A stretch of DNA of 46,534 nt from Hydrurus foetidus (GCA_900617105.1 UYFQ01000351.1:1-46534); one strand, 5' to 3'; numbered from the stretch's first letter, positions 25,085 to 37,698 are shown. Translations and numbers: made by a program. The notes: a model not told the origin generated them from the letters alone.

Positions 25085-26103
25085 TTAAAATTGAATTGGG
25101 AGCAAAATATTTGGGTTAAACCCAAACAAAGACGCTTCATCGCTACCCTCTGGAATCGCACTCAGATTTTCTCTAACAACTTTGTAGCTGTCACTCCAAA
25201 ATGCATCTCGAATAGATTGGCCCTCTAACAAACTTTTCACACAAAAATAAGGGGCGAATTGAAAAATATGAGATGCTTCCCAAAATCTCTTCATATAACC
25301 GGGGAGTCCTTCACGAATACGAGTGCGGCTAACTTGACCATTGGATTCTATCTGTAGTAAAGTATCCTCCTTAATGCTTCTCCAATTTGCAAATAAAAGA
25401 CTGAAGACGGCAAAATCAGCCAACTCAGAGGAACTTGGGTCAGGAATGAAATTAGCGACGTAATCTACCCAGCAGCTACCAGTTGTCATGGAACAGTTGG
25501 GCCCAAATGAATCCACCTTTATGCCTAGAAGTTGTATCAATGTTCGGCAACCTAGAACGAAGCAGTCCCAGTCTTCAGATACGACAGCATCGATGACGCC
25601 ATCCTTCTCGAGCCTACAAAGCTCCCATTCAGCTTCCATGAATGCACAGACGTATCTGATATCCTTTCTCATGCACCATCGGACGAAATCAGCTAGTATA
25701 TCGTCGCGCACAAATATTTTCAATGCTGTAATTCTCTTCATTTGTTCAAAATCACCACTCTTAATCAATTCTAGCATCTCCTGGGTTGCGCCCGAGCTCT
25801 TTTTTTTCGTGCCTCATTTGTGAATGCTTTGATCGGATTCCTAGCTCCATCGATTGCGAATAAAATTTTGATAGTGTTAGCTGTAAACACTGCATGAAGT
25901 CGATCGAAAAACGGGTCGATAAGGTGTCCAACGGTGACTCTAGGTTCTTGGTGAAAAAGAGTGCTAATTTCAGGTGATGCAAATATCGCCTTGTTCAACA
26001 ATATTGAAGCATCGATACCAAGAATCTTCCCCAAGAAGACAGATAGTTTCGTAACAAGCTTCTTGGAGGTTCTCAACTCCTACGACAAATCCTTGACTCC
26101 CAT
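25085..26103 (-). pseudogene. XPG/FEN1/Exo1-family 5' nuclease pseudogene (decayed coding sequence may continue to about 24700)
   Basis: N-domain MGVKDL (ATG 26103), GIDASILL, FAIDG; I-domain EAEWELCRL, DAVVSEDWD; stop at codon 8 and a frameshift near 25780; no introns evident. Confidence 0.85.
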
Positions 26104-26560
26104 CGAAAGATGACACCGAGGGAAAGAAAGTGGCTTCTGTCTTTTGTATTTGTATCGCAGAAATCCTGCGGAAACCTAGATTTTTTTGCTGTAGCAGGCG
26201 AAGAAAATAGAGAGGCACTCAGATTGTCAATCTGGCAGCAGTGTAAGAATTTCTCAAATTGCTATTTAGCTATATAGTTGTGAAGTGTGGAGGAGTGACT
26301 GTCACGAAGTGTGGACAGATTCCAAAATCGATACCCAGCGCTAGTTTTTTTGAGTGAACGTCCCTTATTGAGGACGACACATTTTGATTTCAGACTGCAC
26401 CACTAAACTTACCATGGTCGACTTAGTAAGGGGTGGTTCTTCACACTGGCCGTAGAGAATTCTTTTATTGCGATATATGAGTGTTGAGAGGTATCCAATA
26501 GAGGATGTCATCGATTTATTTTAATTCCATTTTATGTTAATTCCATCTTGCACGGTTTGC

Positions 26561-26626
26561 GTGTGAGAAAAATTTACCGCAGCCTGTGGCGTCAAAGTGC
26601 CCCCTCTCCTTTCAATACCCTCTTGT
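26561..26626. repeat. Second copy of the ~65-bp dispersed motif
   Basis: Direct similarity to 12780-12845. Confidence 0.75.
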
Positions 26627-26703
26627 GTACAGATTGTGTGGTAATGCGTTGGACTGAAAGTTTGGAGTTTACTTGAGGAGTTGACTTTGACGCTCTCGTC
26701 TTA

Positions 26704-27033
26704 GGCTCTGACCAAACCGACGTTTCAAAACACCATTGCGCCGTATTTTCCGACTTTTTTTCCGACGGTCTCATTGACACGGTTATTGGGATGAATCAAA
26801 AATCTGGAATTTAAAATCTGGGATCTAGGTGAAGAAAAACTTCAATTATTTTCAGTGTCATGTTTTTAGTCTTGATTTGTGTTCCTCATGAGAAAAGCCT
26901 GAGATTGCCATAATTATTTTCCGAAAATCCTTTATACTCTGGGAGTAGAAGCCGAAAGGCGGGAGCTGTCGGACCGTGAAAAAATGTGACCGTAATCTGA
27001 CGAAAAGTAGAATACGTCGTTTTGGTCAGAGCC
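26704..27033. mobile_element. MITE with 20-bp TIRs
   Basis: ggctctgaccaaaccgacgt and acgtcgttttggtcagagcc (19/20 match); flanks tta and tat. Confidence 0.85.
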
Positions 27034-27357
27034 TATTGTTGACAGATCTTCGGTTTGGCAGTTACGTACGCCTCTCGCAGTACAGTTGCTGAAGATCACT
27101 CGGCCAGGGCTCGTGAAATAAGAGATAGAATCTCAGTAATCACTTGTTAAATAGACTGTGCCATATTCCTCAATACGGTCCACAAATCCATTTCAATGCA
27201 ATGACAACATGCAATCCTGCAGAGATATTGCTCGGGTCCATTCATCATCGTCGTCACACATGCACACACATAATGATCCGTACGTATGTACGGATGCGTG
27301 AGTACACAAATTGTGTTCGTGCCATAAACTAAGATAATATCTCCGACGCCTACGTAT

Positions 27358-27715
27358 TGTTGCGAATTTCGTATTCGCGAGAGCGACGCGGATCACTTGA
27401 CGTACGCGGTGCCGGTACGAAAACTCTGCAAGACCCGTGAAATGGAAAGACCTCGGAGTTCCAATCAACTGATAATTTAACTTGTGTCTGTCGTCCCTGT
27501 TCGACTAGCCACGAAGTTTACAAATGTCAACGCACTCTAGCTACTCCAGAAGAACTAAAACAGAACATCGATATTCGAGTGGCTTTGCCCGCATGAAACC
27601 CTTTTTCATGCACGCACTGACATACAACACTTCGTGCTGTACACACACACACGTACGGTCGGACGGTCCTACATTCTACCAGAGGCAGTTTACCACGCAG
27701 CGAAAGTCCAACACA
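27358..27715 (-). repeat. 3' LTR of Copia C
   Basis: Direct repeat of 32768-33127 with about 5 substitutions and one CA-unit indel; short PPT cctagggg adjacent. Confidence 0.95.
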
Positions 27716-27860
27716 CCCCTAGGATGGAGGCCGGTCGGTAACAACAGCATAGGCGTATAAAATGACATGAGATGAATGATTGTAACTAAGCTAAACAAAC
27801 ATAAAACACACAATGCTTTTCTGTGCCTCGGTCCATTCCATAAGGCATTACTGGGCTCCA

Positions 27861-30800
27861 CTATGCCTTGGGCCATCCCGTAAGGCATTCTCTCTCATAG
27901 ACGAACTGCGCTCCCTGCAGCGGCTTAGTGAGAATATTCGCGTACATCTCTTTTGTCCCCTTGTGCACCAGCACTATCTCACCCGTACTTACGCGCTCCT
28001 TCACCCAGAAGTACCGTATCCCAATGTGTCTAGTCTTCTCTGCACCAGACCTTCCTCTGTCAATGAGAGCCATGCAAGACATGTTGTCCTGGTACAAAAT
28101 CACCGGCCCCATAGAGTACCCCTGGTTAACGAGGAACATCCTTGTGTGAACGCCCTGATTCGCCGAGTCAGACAGTCCGATAAGCTCAGCCTCCGTGCTT
28201 GATTTGGAGACTATCCCATGTTTCGTGGACCTGCAGTGCACTGCTCCGATATCTCCGATTACCACACAACTCCCTGTGTGTGACTTCCCATCCACGTGCA
28301 CCCCGTATGATGCATCGACAAACGGTCTCACTGATATCCCACCACCACCCGGTCTAAACACCAGCCCCGTATCACGAGACCATCTGATGTACCGCACTAC
28401 CCGATGCAGCTTATCGACGTCGTCCACACTGCACCTAGTTACTCTGGTGGCGAGGTATGCAACGGCAGTAAGACACTCTGGCTTCACGCGCTTCGCAAGG
28501 TACACCAACTGAGCCGTCACTCTGTGGAACCACACTCTCACTTCCTCTGTCACTGTGACTGCATCCGGTCTTGTCTCGAATAGACCATCTGTCGCTGGCG
28601 TCTTTGCTATCCCCTGCACTCCGGATGAGCCCAATATCTCATCGATGTATCCGGACATACTCACACGAGCTTCACCTGGACAGGAGAAGTCGAATGCCAT
28701 ACCCAGGTAGTTGATGCGAGGTCCATGGGACAGAGTGATCTCACCGTACCTCGCTCTAAGACCGTCTGTGAGTTCAGCGATCAGCTCCTTGCTTTTGCTT
28801 GTGATAAACAGATCATCCACATGCACCGTAGCCGTACACTGTACACCCCTGATGTCTGTACGGTTAAACACACATATGTCGCTGTCGTTCCTTGTATAAC
28901 CGAGTGCAGTCATAGTTCGGCTAAGGTTCTCATACCATAGCGCCGCACTCTCAATGCATCCGTATAACGCCTTTCTCAGTAGTACTACAACTCTTCCTTT
29001 GTCGTCTGCATACTTCGCGTACGCTCTGTCCAGAGCGATCAGGAAGTCTGATATCGTCTTATCAAGTCTCATATGTACAGGCACCCCTGTAGTTATACTC
29101 GCATTGAAGAATGCACCCCCAATATCCACCACGGCTGCATGGCGCTTCTCGAATGCGCATATAGCAGCAATTGCGAACACTGCACTGGTCGACACTGTAG
29201 GGGAGGTTAGGTCGTCGTATGGGTCCTTGTCTTGCTGGTCGCCTCCCGCGACTAGTCTGGCTTTGTACTTATCGAATCGTCCGTCAGGGTGCGTTTTCCT
29301 CTTTAGGAACATGGACGACCTGATGATGCTCGATCTCTCGCTTACAGTCATTCTGTTGTATAATACAGGTGCCCACACCTTCTTATCTATCATTTGCTGC
29401 AGCTCCTTGTTGATGACTAATCTCGCATCGTCACCCCTGGTACTGAGTGCATCTCTAACACTCACGTTCGCACTAGGTTCAATGTGTGACTCAATCTTGC
29501 GCTTGGCCAGTACCGCTGTAATGGAATCAGTGCATGACACCTTCTGTGTCGGTGTAGTCACGAGCGGTGTATTGAAGGTGACAAACGTAGCGCTATGCTC
29601 TGACTGTCTCCTCAGTGTACCACTCCCATTCCTGAAGTATTCGATTACGTTGTCACTTGCACTCTGCAATGTACCAGTGTTGTCTGTCTCGATGGAGGGA
29701 ATAGGAGGGAGGGTTGGGGAGACTGCACTCTCCTCATTTAAATCGGATGACACTCTGCTAACCGATGTGTCAGTGTTGTACTGACTGGTGCCTCTGTGCG
29801 CACCATGCGTGTCCGTTGGACTGCTCGGATCATTCCCGCTCGGATGTAGTTCCGGAATATTTTCATCTGATAATGTTGTTACACCCCCTATCTCCGGAGG
29901 GATGATATCAGGTACAGGCTCTGTAGGAGTGTCTGCTAGTACAAGCTGTGTCATCGCGATGTCAGCTGGTTGGAGTGTCTCAGCTCTCTCTAATGGTTCT
30001 GCATTAGGTGGTAAGATTGGCATGAATTGAGGCATTGTTGATTTATCGACACTGTGCATGTACTGAATTTCGTTGTAAACGTTCTGTATCTTTGACAGGA
30101 ATCAGCCGTCTTTAGCCGCGAGTTTATTCAGGTATGCAATAACAGATGTTGGCATCGGTAGAACTATGAAATTGTCTCTCGTGACGATTTTGTTAGTTGC
30201 AATAGATAGCATTTTAACTGATCCAGTACGATTGCCCGTTGGCAGGTATACTATACAATCATCTGTACGTGAAGACAGCGAACGGTTTGTGTTTGCAACG
30301 GTACATTGACAGTAATCCCCAAAGGCTACACGGAAATCACGATTACCCGCAACCCGCTGTCCTGAGAATGCTTCTCTCGGTGTTACCCCTCCGGGCCTTG
30401 ATCCCGAGTGTTGATAGTTGATACGAGATATGCAGTATAACGCAAGCATTGAAAGGCCGCTGATTGTCAACGCAAACGGTAATCTTCCTGCTATATGTGA
30501 TCTGATCCGTTCCTTTATCATTCGGATTCGTCTCTCGATTCGGGCGACATGTCCACCAGCTCCAGTGACATTAACTTCGATGGACAGCTTCTCAAGGTAT
30601 GTTGAAATCTTTGCAATAGCTCCTTCTCCATCTGACATGATGATCGAAACGATGAAGTTTCTGGACTTTAGTGTTGCAAGGATGATGTCTAAACACCTCT
30701 TCACCGATTCTGCGCATCTAGATGGCTTCCCGGTATCTGCGTGTTCCAATATAACACCAAGGGTAAGATCGAGTGGATGTGATATGGCAACAAGTAGCGC

Positions 30801-32741
30801 CACCTGTTCTACATACATGATATCGATTGAGAGTATCTGCTGCTGTTGCACTACGGACGGTGTCATGGTTAGACTCGGTGCTTGTGACTTTCTCTTAGTC
30901 GTTTTGCCCTTAATCGATGCAATGTCTTTACCCCAGATAGTGTCTGCTACTCTGAAGTCGTGCTCGGTGACTGTGAAGTTGCTGCCGTCTCTCAGCATGC
31001 TGATTGCTTCCTCTACCGACGGGTATCCCATTCTGGCGATCAGTTCCCTTGCGTTGCTCGCTGATGCTATCTCTCTCTTCGTGAAGAGCTTCATGTTGTC
31101 GGACACGGTCTGCACCAATGCATGTTCGGATGTTGGGTGACTTGTTGCGTGATTTGAAACCATTGATCGCACATCACAGACATAAAATCTACCTTCACTG
31201 CCTGGTATGCTCTGTCTGCAGAAACTGTATATGTTAGGGCTCCCCTTAGGTTGTAACGTAAACCGACTATCCTTCTGATTGTATCGAATCTGAGCACCTT
31301 CGTCTACCATCGCAGCAAACGATAGGATGTTCGCTGTTGCATTCTCGCTGTAGTAGATGTTGCCCATCTCATTAAATTGTCCTTCTTGGTCGACTCGCAC
31401 TCCCTTCGCGTTAGATTGAACCCCGTTTAACACGATCTGACTGTCTGATAGCTTCACGTTCGTCAGAGGGTCTCGATTGCTGAAGATGCTGACAGAGGCT
31501 TGATTGTCCAGAAGCACATGAGATCGCGAGAACATGACGAGCTCATCCGACGTGACATAGGCAAACTCACTCTTGTCCTCTTCCTCAACATCTATATCCT
31601 CCGTTGCAGTGTATAGTGCTCGTTCTCCTTTCCTCTCGTCGCAATCTCGAGCGTAGTGTCCCAACTTTCCACAGACGTAGCATAGCACACTCTCTAGTGA
31701 CGACGATTTCCTTTTTGTTTCTGAAGGAACTTTCTTGGAAGAGGGTTGGGGGGTCTTCCCCTTTTCTACGTCCTTTGCCTTAGTTACGTGTATAGCATCG
31801 GCTAGGTATGCCGCATGATGGTGGATACTGCCAAGGGGTATCAGGGCACCGTCCCGGGTCCAAGTGGATGCAGTGCGGAAGGCTCCTGCAAGTGTGTTAG
31901 GATATGCACCGGGTAGGTTCTGGGCCGCATTGTTGCGCATCACTGTGAGCATGCCGGCGTACCTCTTTGTGTTCAGTTTACTGATGAAGTCGAGTGCACG
32001 TATCGGTTCTGCAGTGTCCCTCATTCCAACTCCACTGTTGGCTTTGACCTGGTTATCAAATCTAGTTTTGAATTCTGCAATGGGTCCTCGGTCCCCTTGC
32101 CGCAGTGCGTTGTAGCGCAGCTGTTGATCGTGTAAGTTAACGGCCGCCATGTTGTCGTGATCACCGTACATGTGAGTCAAGTGTGACTTCCGGATAAGCT
32201 TCCACAGTCTGATACTATCGAGTGCCTGGCGCGCCACCTCGAATCTCGGGTCCTCTCTGACCTTACTTTGTGATGCCGGTGACATCTTGGCCCACATGAG
32301 AGCCCATATCTTGGTCTCATTCACGGCCTGTAGTTCGATTGACTTCTGACGACGGCCATATGCTCCCTCGAGGAGCTTGTTAATGAACTGTTCTGTGAAC
32401 TCATCGATCGGTGCTGCTGGAGGTGCGCCCTCTCCTTGGACTGTATCAGCGTCGCTACCTTCTGTTTCGTTCCCGCTCTCGTATTCGATGTCGTTGTCAG
32501 CCTCTGCTGCTGCTTCGTCAGGTACGATCGGTTCGACATACGTCGGATTGTAATCTCTCGGATGGATTGGAGGGAACTTGTACGAGCGATTCAAGTGGGA
32601 AAATATTCCCTTGGTGCCGTACAACCCGGTGGTGATGTTGTACATCTCCTCCCGCCACTCAACGGTGTTATTCTCTCGCCCAAACTGTAGGATACATCCT
32701 TCTGCGGGTTTTTCGGCCACTGCCGCTTTCTTCGGAGGCAT
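27861..32741 (-). CDS. Copia C Gag-Pol polyprotein with one in-frame TGA at 30102-30104
   Basis: CCHC knuckle CYVCGKLGHYARDC; PR LLDNQAS; IN SIDIMY, SDGEG, HVARIER; RT YKARLVAGG, KALYG, HVDD; RNase H DASYG, SSTEAE, QDN, ANILTKPL; the two ORFs share a frame. Confidence 0.95.
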
Positions 32742-32767
32742 TCTCGATTGCCTAGAGATTTAAATTA

Positions 32768-33127
32768 TGTTGCGATTTTCGTATTCGCGAGAGCGACGCG
32801 GATCACTTGACGTACGCGGTGCCGGTACGAAAACTCTGCAAGACCCGTGAAATGGAAAGACCTCGGAGTTCCAATCAACTGATAATTTAACTTGTGTCTG
32901 TCGTCCCTGTTCGACTAGCCACGAAGTTTACAAGCGTCAACGCACTCTAGCTACTCCAGAAGAACTAAAACAGAACATCGATATTCGAGTGGCTTTGCCC
33001 GCATGAAACCCTTTTTCATGCACGCACTGACATACAACACTTCGTGCTGTACACACACACACACGTACGGTCGGACGGTCCTACATTCTACCAGAGGCAG
33101 TTTACCACGCAGTGAAACTCCAACACA
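32768..33127 (-). repeat. 5' LTR of Copia C
   Basis: TGTGTTGG...GCAACA on the minus strand; the gag ATG follows 26 nt later. Confidence 0.95.
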
Positions 33128-33256
33128 CGTATCTCGTCTGGATTGGTTGCGTGTTGCGTGCAATATTTCGATGGGGTGCTCTGCTGACATATCACAGCCT
33201 TCGTTAAAGTCGTCTTCGTATTTTATCATCGACGAAGTACCTGGCGTCCTTCAGAA

Positions 33257-33970
33257 ATGGGCATCTCGCTAGAAAACAGATTGAAGTCATCAGCAGTGTC
33301 AGGCGTCCTGGAGATTATTGTCACTCATCCTCTTGATTATGGAAAGACTATACTCCAGAATAATGTGAATAATGTGACGTTTAAACAATTTCTATCGCAA
33401 CCCTACAATGGATTCACGAGTAGACTCGTCGGTATAGTACCGATGAGGGTGCTTTTTTGGAACAGCATAACTTACTTCAGAGAGTCGGGTTTCAATCCAA
33501 TTCTATGTGGTGTTTTCACTGCAATAGTGCAAACATCTGTTGACTACCCCATAGAGCAAATCAAGATTCAGAGGATGTTGCACAATAATCACAGCATTTT
33601 GTCAGCATTTCAGCAACCAAATCTGATTAAAGGTTTCTCGCTTACACTGGGTCGGAACATTGGGTTTGCTGTCGTACTGAATTGTTGCATTGATGGTCAT
33701 GAAGGTTCTTTCTATCATGGAGCTGTTGGAGGTTTTCTTGGATCTGTTCTGACACACCCGCTAGACTCGCTGAAAACTTGGTATCAATCTGGCAATACAT
33801 CGTTTCCAACTAACTGGGGAGTATCACAATATTGTCGAGGCTGGCATCTTAGGGCAGGGATATCTTTGATATCGATGAATATAGGATGGATAGTTTTTAG
33901 CAAGATGCAGATGTACTACAATTCTCAAAGACAAAATGAAGATTCAATGCATTTGAAAAGTTGTTCCTAG
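33257..33970 (+). CDS. Mitochondrial carrier family (SLC25-like) protein, compact and intronless
   Basis: Three PX[DE]XX[KR] signatures (PLDYGK, PIEQIK, PLDSLK), each after a Gly-rich hydrophobic helix and followed by YNG/IKG/CRG motifs. Confidence 0.92.
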   Translation: MGISLENRLKSSAVSGVLEIIVTHPLDYGKTILQNNVNNVTFKQFLSQPYNGFTSRLVGIVPMRVLFWNSITYFRESGFNPILCGVFTAIVQTSVDYPIEQIKIQRMLHNNHSILSAFQQPNLIKGFSLTLGRNIGFAVVLNCCIDGHEGSFYHGAVGGFLGSVLTHPLDSLKTWYQSGNTSFPTNWGVSQYCRGWHLRAGISLISMNIGWIVFSKMQMYYNSQRQNEDSMHLKSCS

Positions 33971-35674
33971 AAGAGAGTCGAGTGTTCGCAGCACTGAGTT
34001 GCGATATTGAAGTTGCAAGTAGAAAAGCACCGTTTGCATCGTCAAATACATCCGACATTGAAATTGGTTGAGGTGCATGCACTTTTACGTATCACCGCAG
34101 AGTCTAGTAGTCATTCACGATGTCTAAGTTATTTACGTTGGTACAACAAGGGGTCCAGCTCCACAGAATTCAATTCTTCAGTTTACTGCACGTAAATTAT
34201 TAGAGCCAAAATTTCCTCTCCTCTCACCCTACGATGGCGAGACCCGTGGACAACTCTAATTAATTGGCCATCAAAGCTAGATTGTGTTTGAGGGCAAAAG
34301 CTTGCTATCATCGGCGCAGATGTTATTACGAATTTACCTCTGAGAAGATGAGAGAATAGAATATGAGGATATGATGATGACACTGAACCTTGAGTGAACG
34401 CTTTCGAGAACGATTAGTTATTTTAAGATGCGCAGAATTGCCTACATCGCGCCATTTTGACGTGGTTCCACCATGTTCTCTCTGCAATCTCTGATGCGTC
34501 ACATCTTTCAAAATTCGATGCATTAAAAAATTCAGCTGAAGAAATTCGTTAAAATAAAATACATGGAATATTTACCAGGAAGAGATGAAATTAGTTGACG
34601 TAATTGAATCAAGTCGTGCCTTATCGGATTCGACATATCTTATTGTATCTTTCGTAATTATCTCTCCATGAATTCTGCTAGCAGCCGGGAGCGGTGAGCT
34701 GCACCTCTGTACGAGTTACGGTACGGTACGGTGAAGTCAATGTGTACTTCTTTCGAAATTACTGCCGCCATTATCTGCTCACAATAATGGTCAGACAAGA
34801 GCAGCTTGTCTGATAGCTCTTCGCAGTGAGGACTCGAGATCCTATTGTTCCCTTCCATTCCATGAGTGTCGACGTGTTCCGGAACTCGGTCCGGGATATC
34901 TTTTCCTCTCCTCCCTCCCCCTTTCTCTAGATGCAATGCAAAGCAATGGTGTAACGTGCGTGCTGTACTGCATGTACTGTTTGTGTAGGTCGCTTATATG
35001 CAGTATATTTGAGTGTGCTCTGTTTCTAGTCCTAGTGACACTTAGTGTGACTCACGACTCCCAGTCCAGTCACAGCAACAGTAACAGCAACTGTCAGGGT
35101 GTTTGACGATGATACCTAGACAGACGGGACCATTAACAAAGTCAACGGTCACATTGTATAATTCTGCACTGCCAACTCTCAAGTCGACGATCTGACACAA
35201 TAAGATCATCTCAGATAAGCACCACTTTACAGAGGTACGTAGTATGTATCGTGGCACTGATAACCGAGAGTTCATTTGACATGTCATATCGTGTCAGTTG
35301 ACATAATATCATGTCATGTCATGTCTTCTGACTTCTTTCTGGTGAGAGGGAGAAGAATACCCAAACGATCGCATCTTATGCTGTCGAATCATGTCATGTC
35401 GTGCTATCGCTTTTGGATGATGGACTGCGACGAGTTACCTGACCAAACAACACTACCACTGATCTGGTCATTAATACTCGCTCTTAAAGATGCTGCAACG
35501 CCCTCACTGCTACTGAAATTGCTCGTAGCGCTGTTACTGTCGCTCCGGGCCACCTTTTGCTTTACTGTTCTGCGCCTGATACATTTGCAGAGAGTAATTC
35601 AGATAGAAATGATGTTCTACTGCTTACAATGAGACGCTTTAGGCTCACATCTGTGATAATCCTCGTCTGAAAGT

Positions 35675-36138
35675 ACCTTCTCTTGAATTGAAGATGCAGA
35701 TTTGTTCTCATACAGCTTGAATACCTCCAAGTATCTTGCACATTCCTCGTTGGACCAGCAAATTATCAGAGTAACGTCACTGTTGAAGCACAATTTATTC
35801 AAATCGTGCAATGGCTTGACACCAATATCATCATCAACATCGACGAGGACCAGTAGAACACGCAGTCGAAAGTTTTTTCCGAGCTCTCGAATTCTTAAGT
35901 CAGCGTGTTTAGAGTGCAAAGAATGACATTCGATTAATACAAATATTGCACATGTGGTGCCCATCACGTAGTCTGGTATTATCTCTTTGCTATAATCCCA
36001 TTGCACATTGCGGACATAGTTCAGGAGAGGATCACCACGCTGCTTTTCGCTGACATACATAACTGGATTCCCTACTGCAGAATACGCGAGGCCAGTATTA
36101 CTACCGGCGGCTTTCAACATTGCTCTCAGGTAGAGCAC
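35675..36138 (-). CDS. ERCC1: ERCC1/Rad10 central-domain exon, possibly a degenerate duplicate
   Basis: QRGDPLLNYVRNVQW, IIPDYVMG, LRVLLVLVDV, LIICWSNEECARYLEVFKLYENK; acceptor aaacag before 36138 and donor gtact after IQEK; HhH exons not recognised. Confidence 0.88.
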
Positions 36139-36232
36139 CTGTTTCTATTTCGACCTACAGCATACCGTAAACGTAATATGTCGTGAGAATTATTTGAAAT
36201 ACGAATTAATTAGGCTAGTCCTTATGACGCCC

Positions 36233-36930
36233 CCAGTAGGTTCCAAAACTAGAAACAGACCCAAAACTAGAAACAGCTAGGGGAGAACTCCGTTTCAAAA
36301 CTAACCATGAATAGATTTTTAACAAAAAGCATTCTCTAATAGTAATATGATACCGCTGCTTCCATTTCAGAATTCAAAATTTTATGAAAAGAAATTTTTC
36401 ATGTTGATTTTTCCTTCTCTAATATATGCACTTTTTCGTTGGATTCAAAGACGACTTTGAATGTATTTTGAAAGAAAGTTAGAGGTTATATCGAGTCAGA
36501 AATGGTCGAATTAGTGTAAATTCATAAGCATTTGACTTAAAACATAACGATATTGGAGTTAATGTGTTTTCAGAGACAAATTTCGGTGTTTTCCTCTGAA
36601 GATAATGTTGAAAACACCGAAATTTGTCTCTGAAAACACATTAACTCCAATATCGTTATGTTTTAAGTCAAATGCTTATGAATTTACACTAATTCGACTT
36701 TCTGACTCGATAAACCTCTAACTTTCTTTCAAAATCATTCAAATCGTCTTGAAATCCAACGAAAAAGTGCATATATTAGAGAAGGAAAAATTTTTCTTTT
36801 CATTTTTCAATTCAAAATGGAAGCTGCGGTATCATATTACTATGAAATGCTTTGTTAAAATATTCATGGTTAGTTTGAAACGATTCTCCCCTAGCTTTCT
36901 GAGTTTTAGTCTTTCTGAACCCACTGAACC
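36233..36930. repeat. Large palindromic foldback element (about 700 bp, 16-nt spacer at 36594-36609)
   Basis: Perfect inner arms of about 89 bp; outer arms align with many small indels. Confidence 0.92.
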
Positions 36931-37698
36931 CGTGTTTTACATTTTTTTGATCCTTTTTTTGGTTGGTTCCCACTCCGTAAATTTCAGTTCGTAAATCTCG
37001 TTTCGTAGATTTCGTTTCGTAAATTTCAGATCGTAAATCTCCATTCGGAATTCCCGCTTCGTAACTCCCACCCCGTAAAAACCGTTACGGAAATCTCGCC
37101 TCGGAACTATCATTTTGTAACTTTCATTTCGTAATTTTCACTTCGTAACCGCGCCTACAGCGTGTGATTTACCTACACCAATTTGTACCCTAGCTTTTCA
37201 ACTGATTTTTACTAGCATCACACGAATACACATACTTTACTGTTCGCAAGAGAAAAAAACCATATTCCACGTGCGGTTTTTATGTAGTCACTACTGGCAT
37301 ATTGCTACCAATGCAGCACTATTTTCTTCGAGACAGACCTAAACGAATGCAAAGAACCAGAATGATAGGAAATGGGCTTAACGAAATTGATTTGATACAG
37401 AATTCGATTTCTTATTTATGGTTGTAACGCTATGTATGTAATCGACACGTTTAATTTGCAAGTCGAGCTATCACTAGACTATCAAGTGATGCAGTACATC
37501 AGAACATTCTTATGGTCAAAGAAGAATTATACGAGAGAAATTTCCCAGTAATTGAAATTGACGTGATGCGAAAGGTTGAGTTGTATGCGATTATTGTAGG
37601 TCAAATGGATAGAACTGATCGAATGGAAACGAAGGGAAAGAGTACACCAGAAAAGAGTGACAAATGGGTAGGCGAATATATATCATGTGGTCAAACTA

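Larger units (their letters stand above)
27358..33127 (-). mobile_element. Ty1/Copia element C (CoDi-like), full length, TSD CGTAT
   Basis: LTRs 27358-27715 and 32768-33127; cgtat at 27353-27357 and 33128-33132; single gag-pol frame. Confidence 0.97.

Noticed and set aside
24636..26103. Nuclease gene as cargo of LTR element D
   Set aside because: No matching 5' LTR is visible to the right of the gene
27037..27357. Possible additional LTR starting TGTTG that hosts Copia C
   Set aside because: No matching CAACA end with a TSD found beyond 33132 and no second copy in the window
30102..30104. In-frame TGA in Copia C (and A/B) as evidence of stop-codon reassignment
   Set aside because: CGA>TGA decay is simpler; C also has a D>N change in ADILTKPL, and other pseudogenes here contain TAG and TAA stops
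28954..31140. Long antisense ORFs (276 and 240 aa) in Copia C
   Set aside because: Shadows of the sense gag-pol frame with no independent motifs
33971..35290. Short ORFs between the carrier gene and ERCC1
   Set aside because: No recognisable motif or consistent exon chain could be supported
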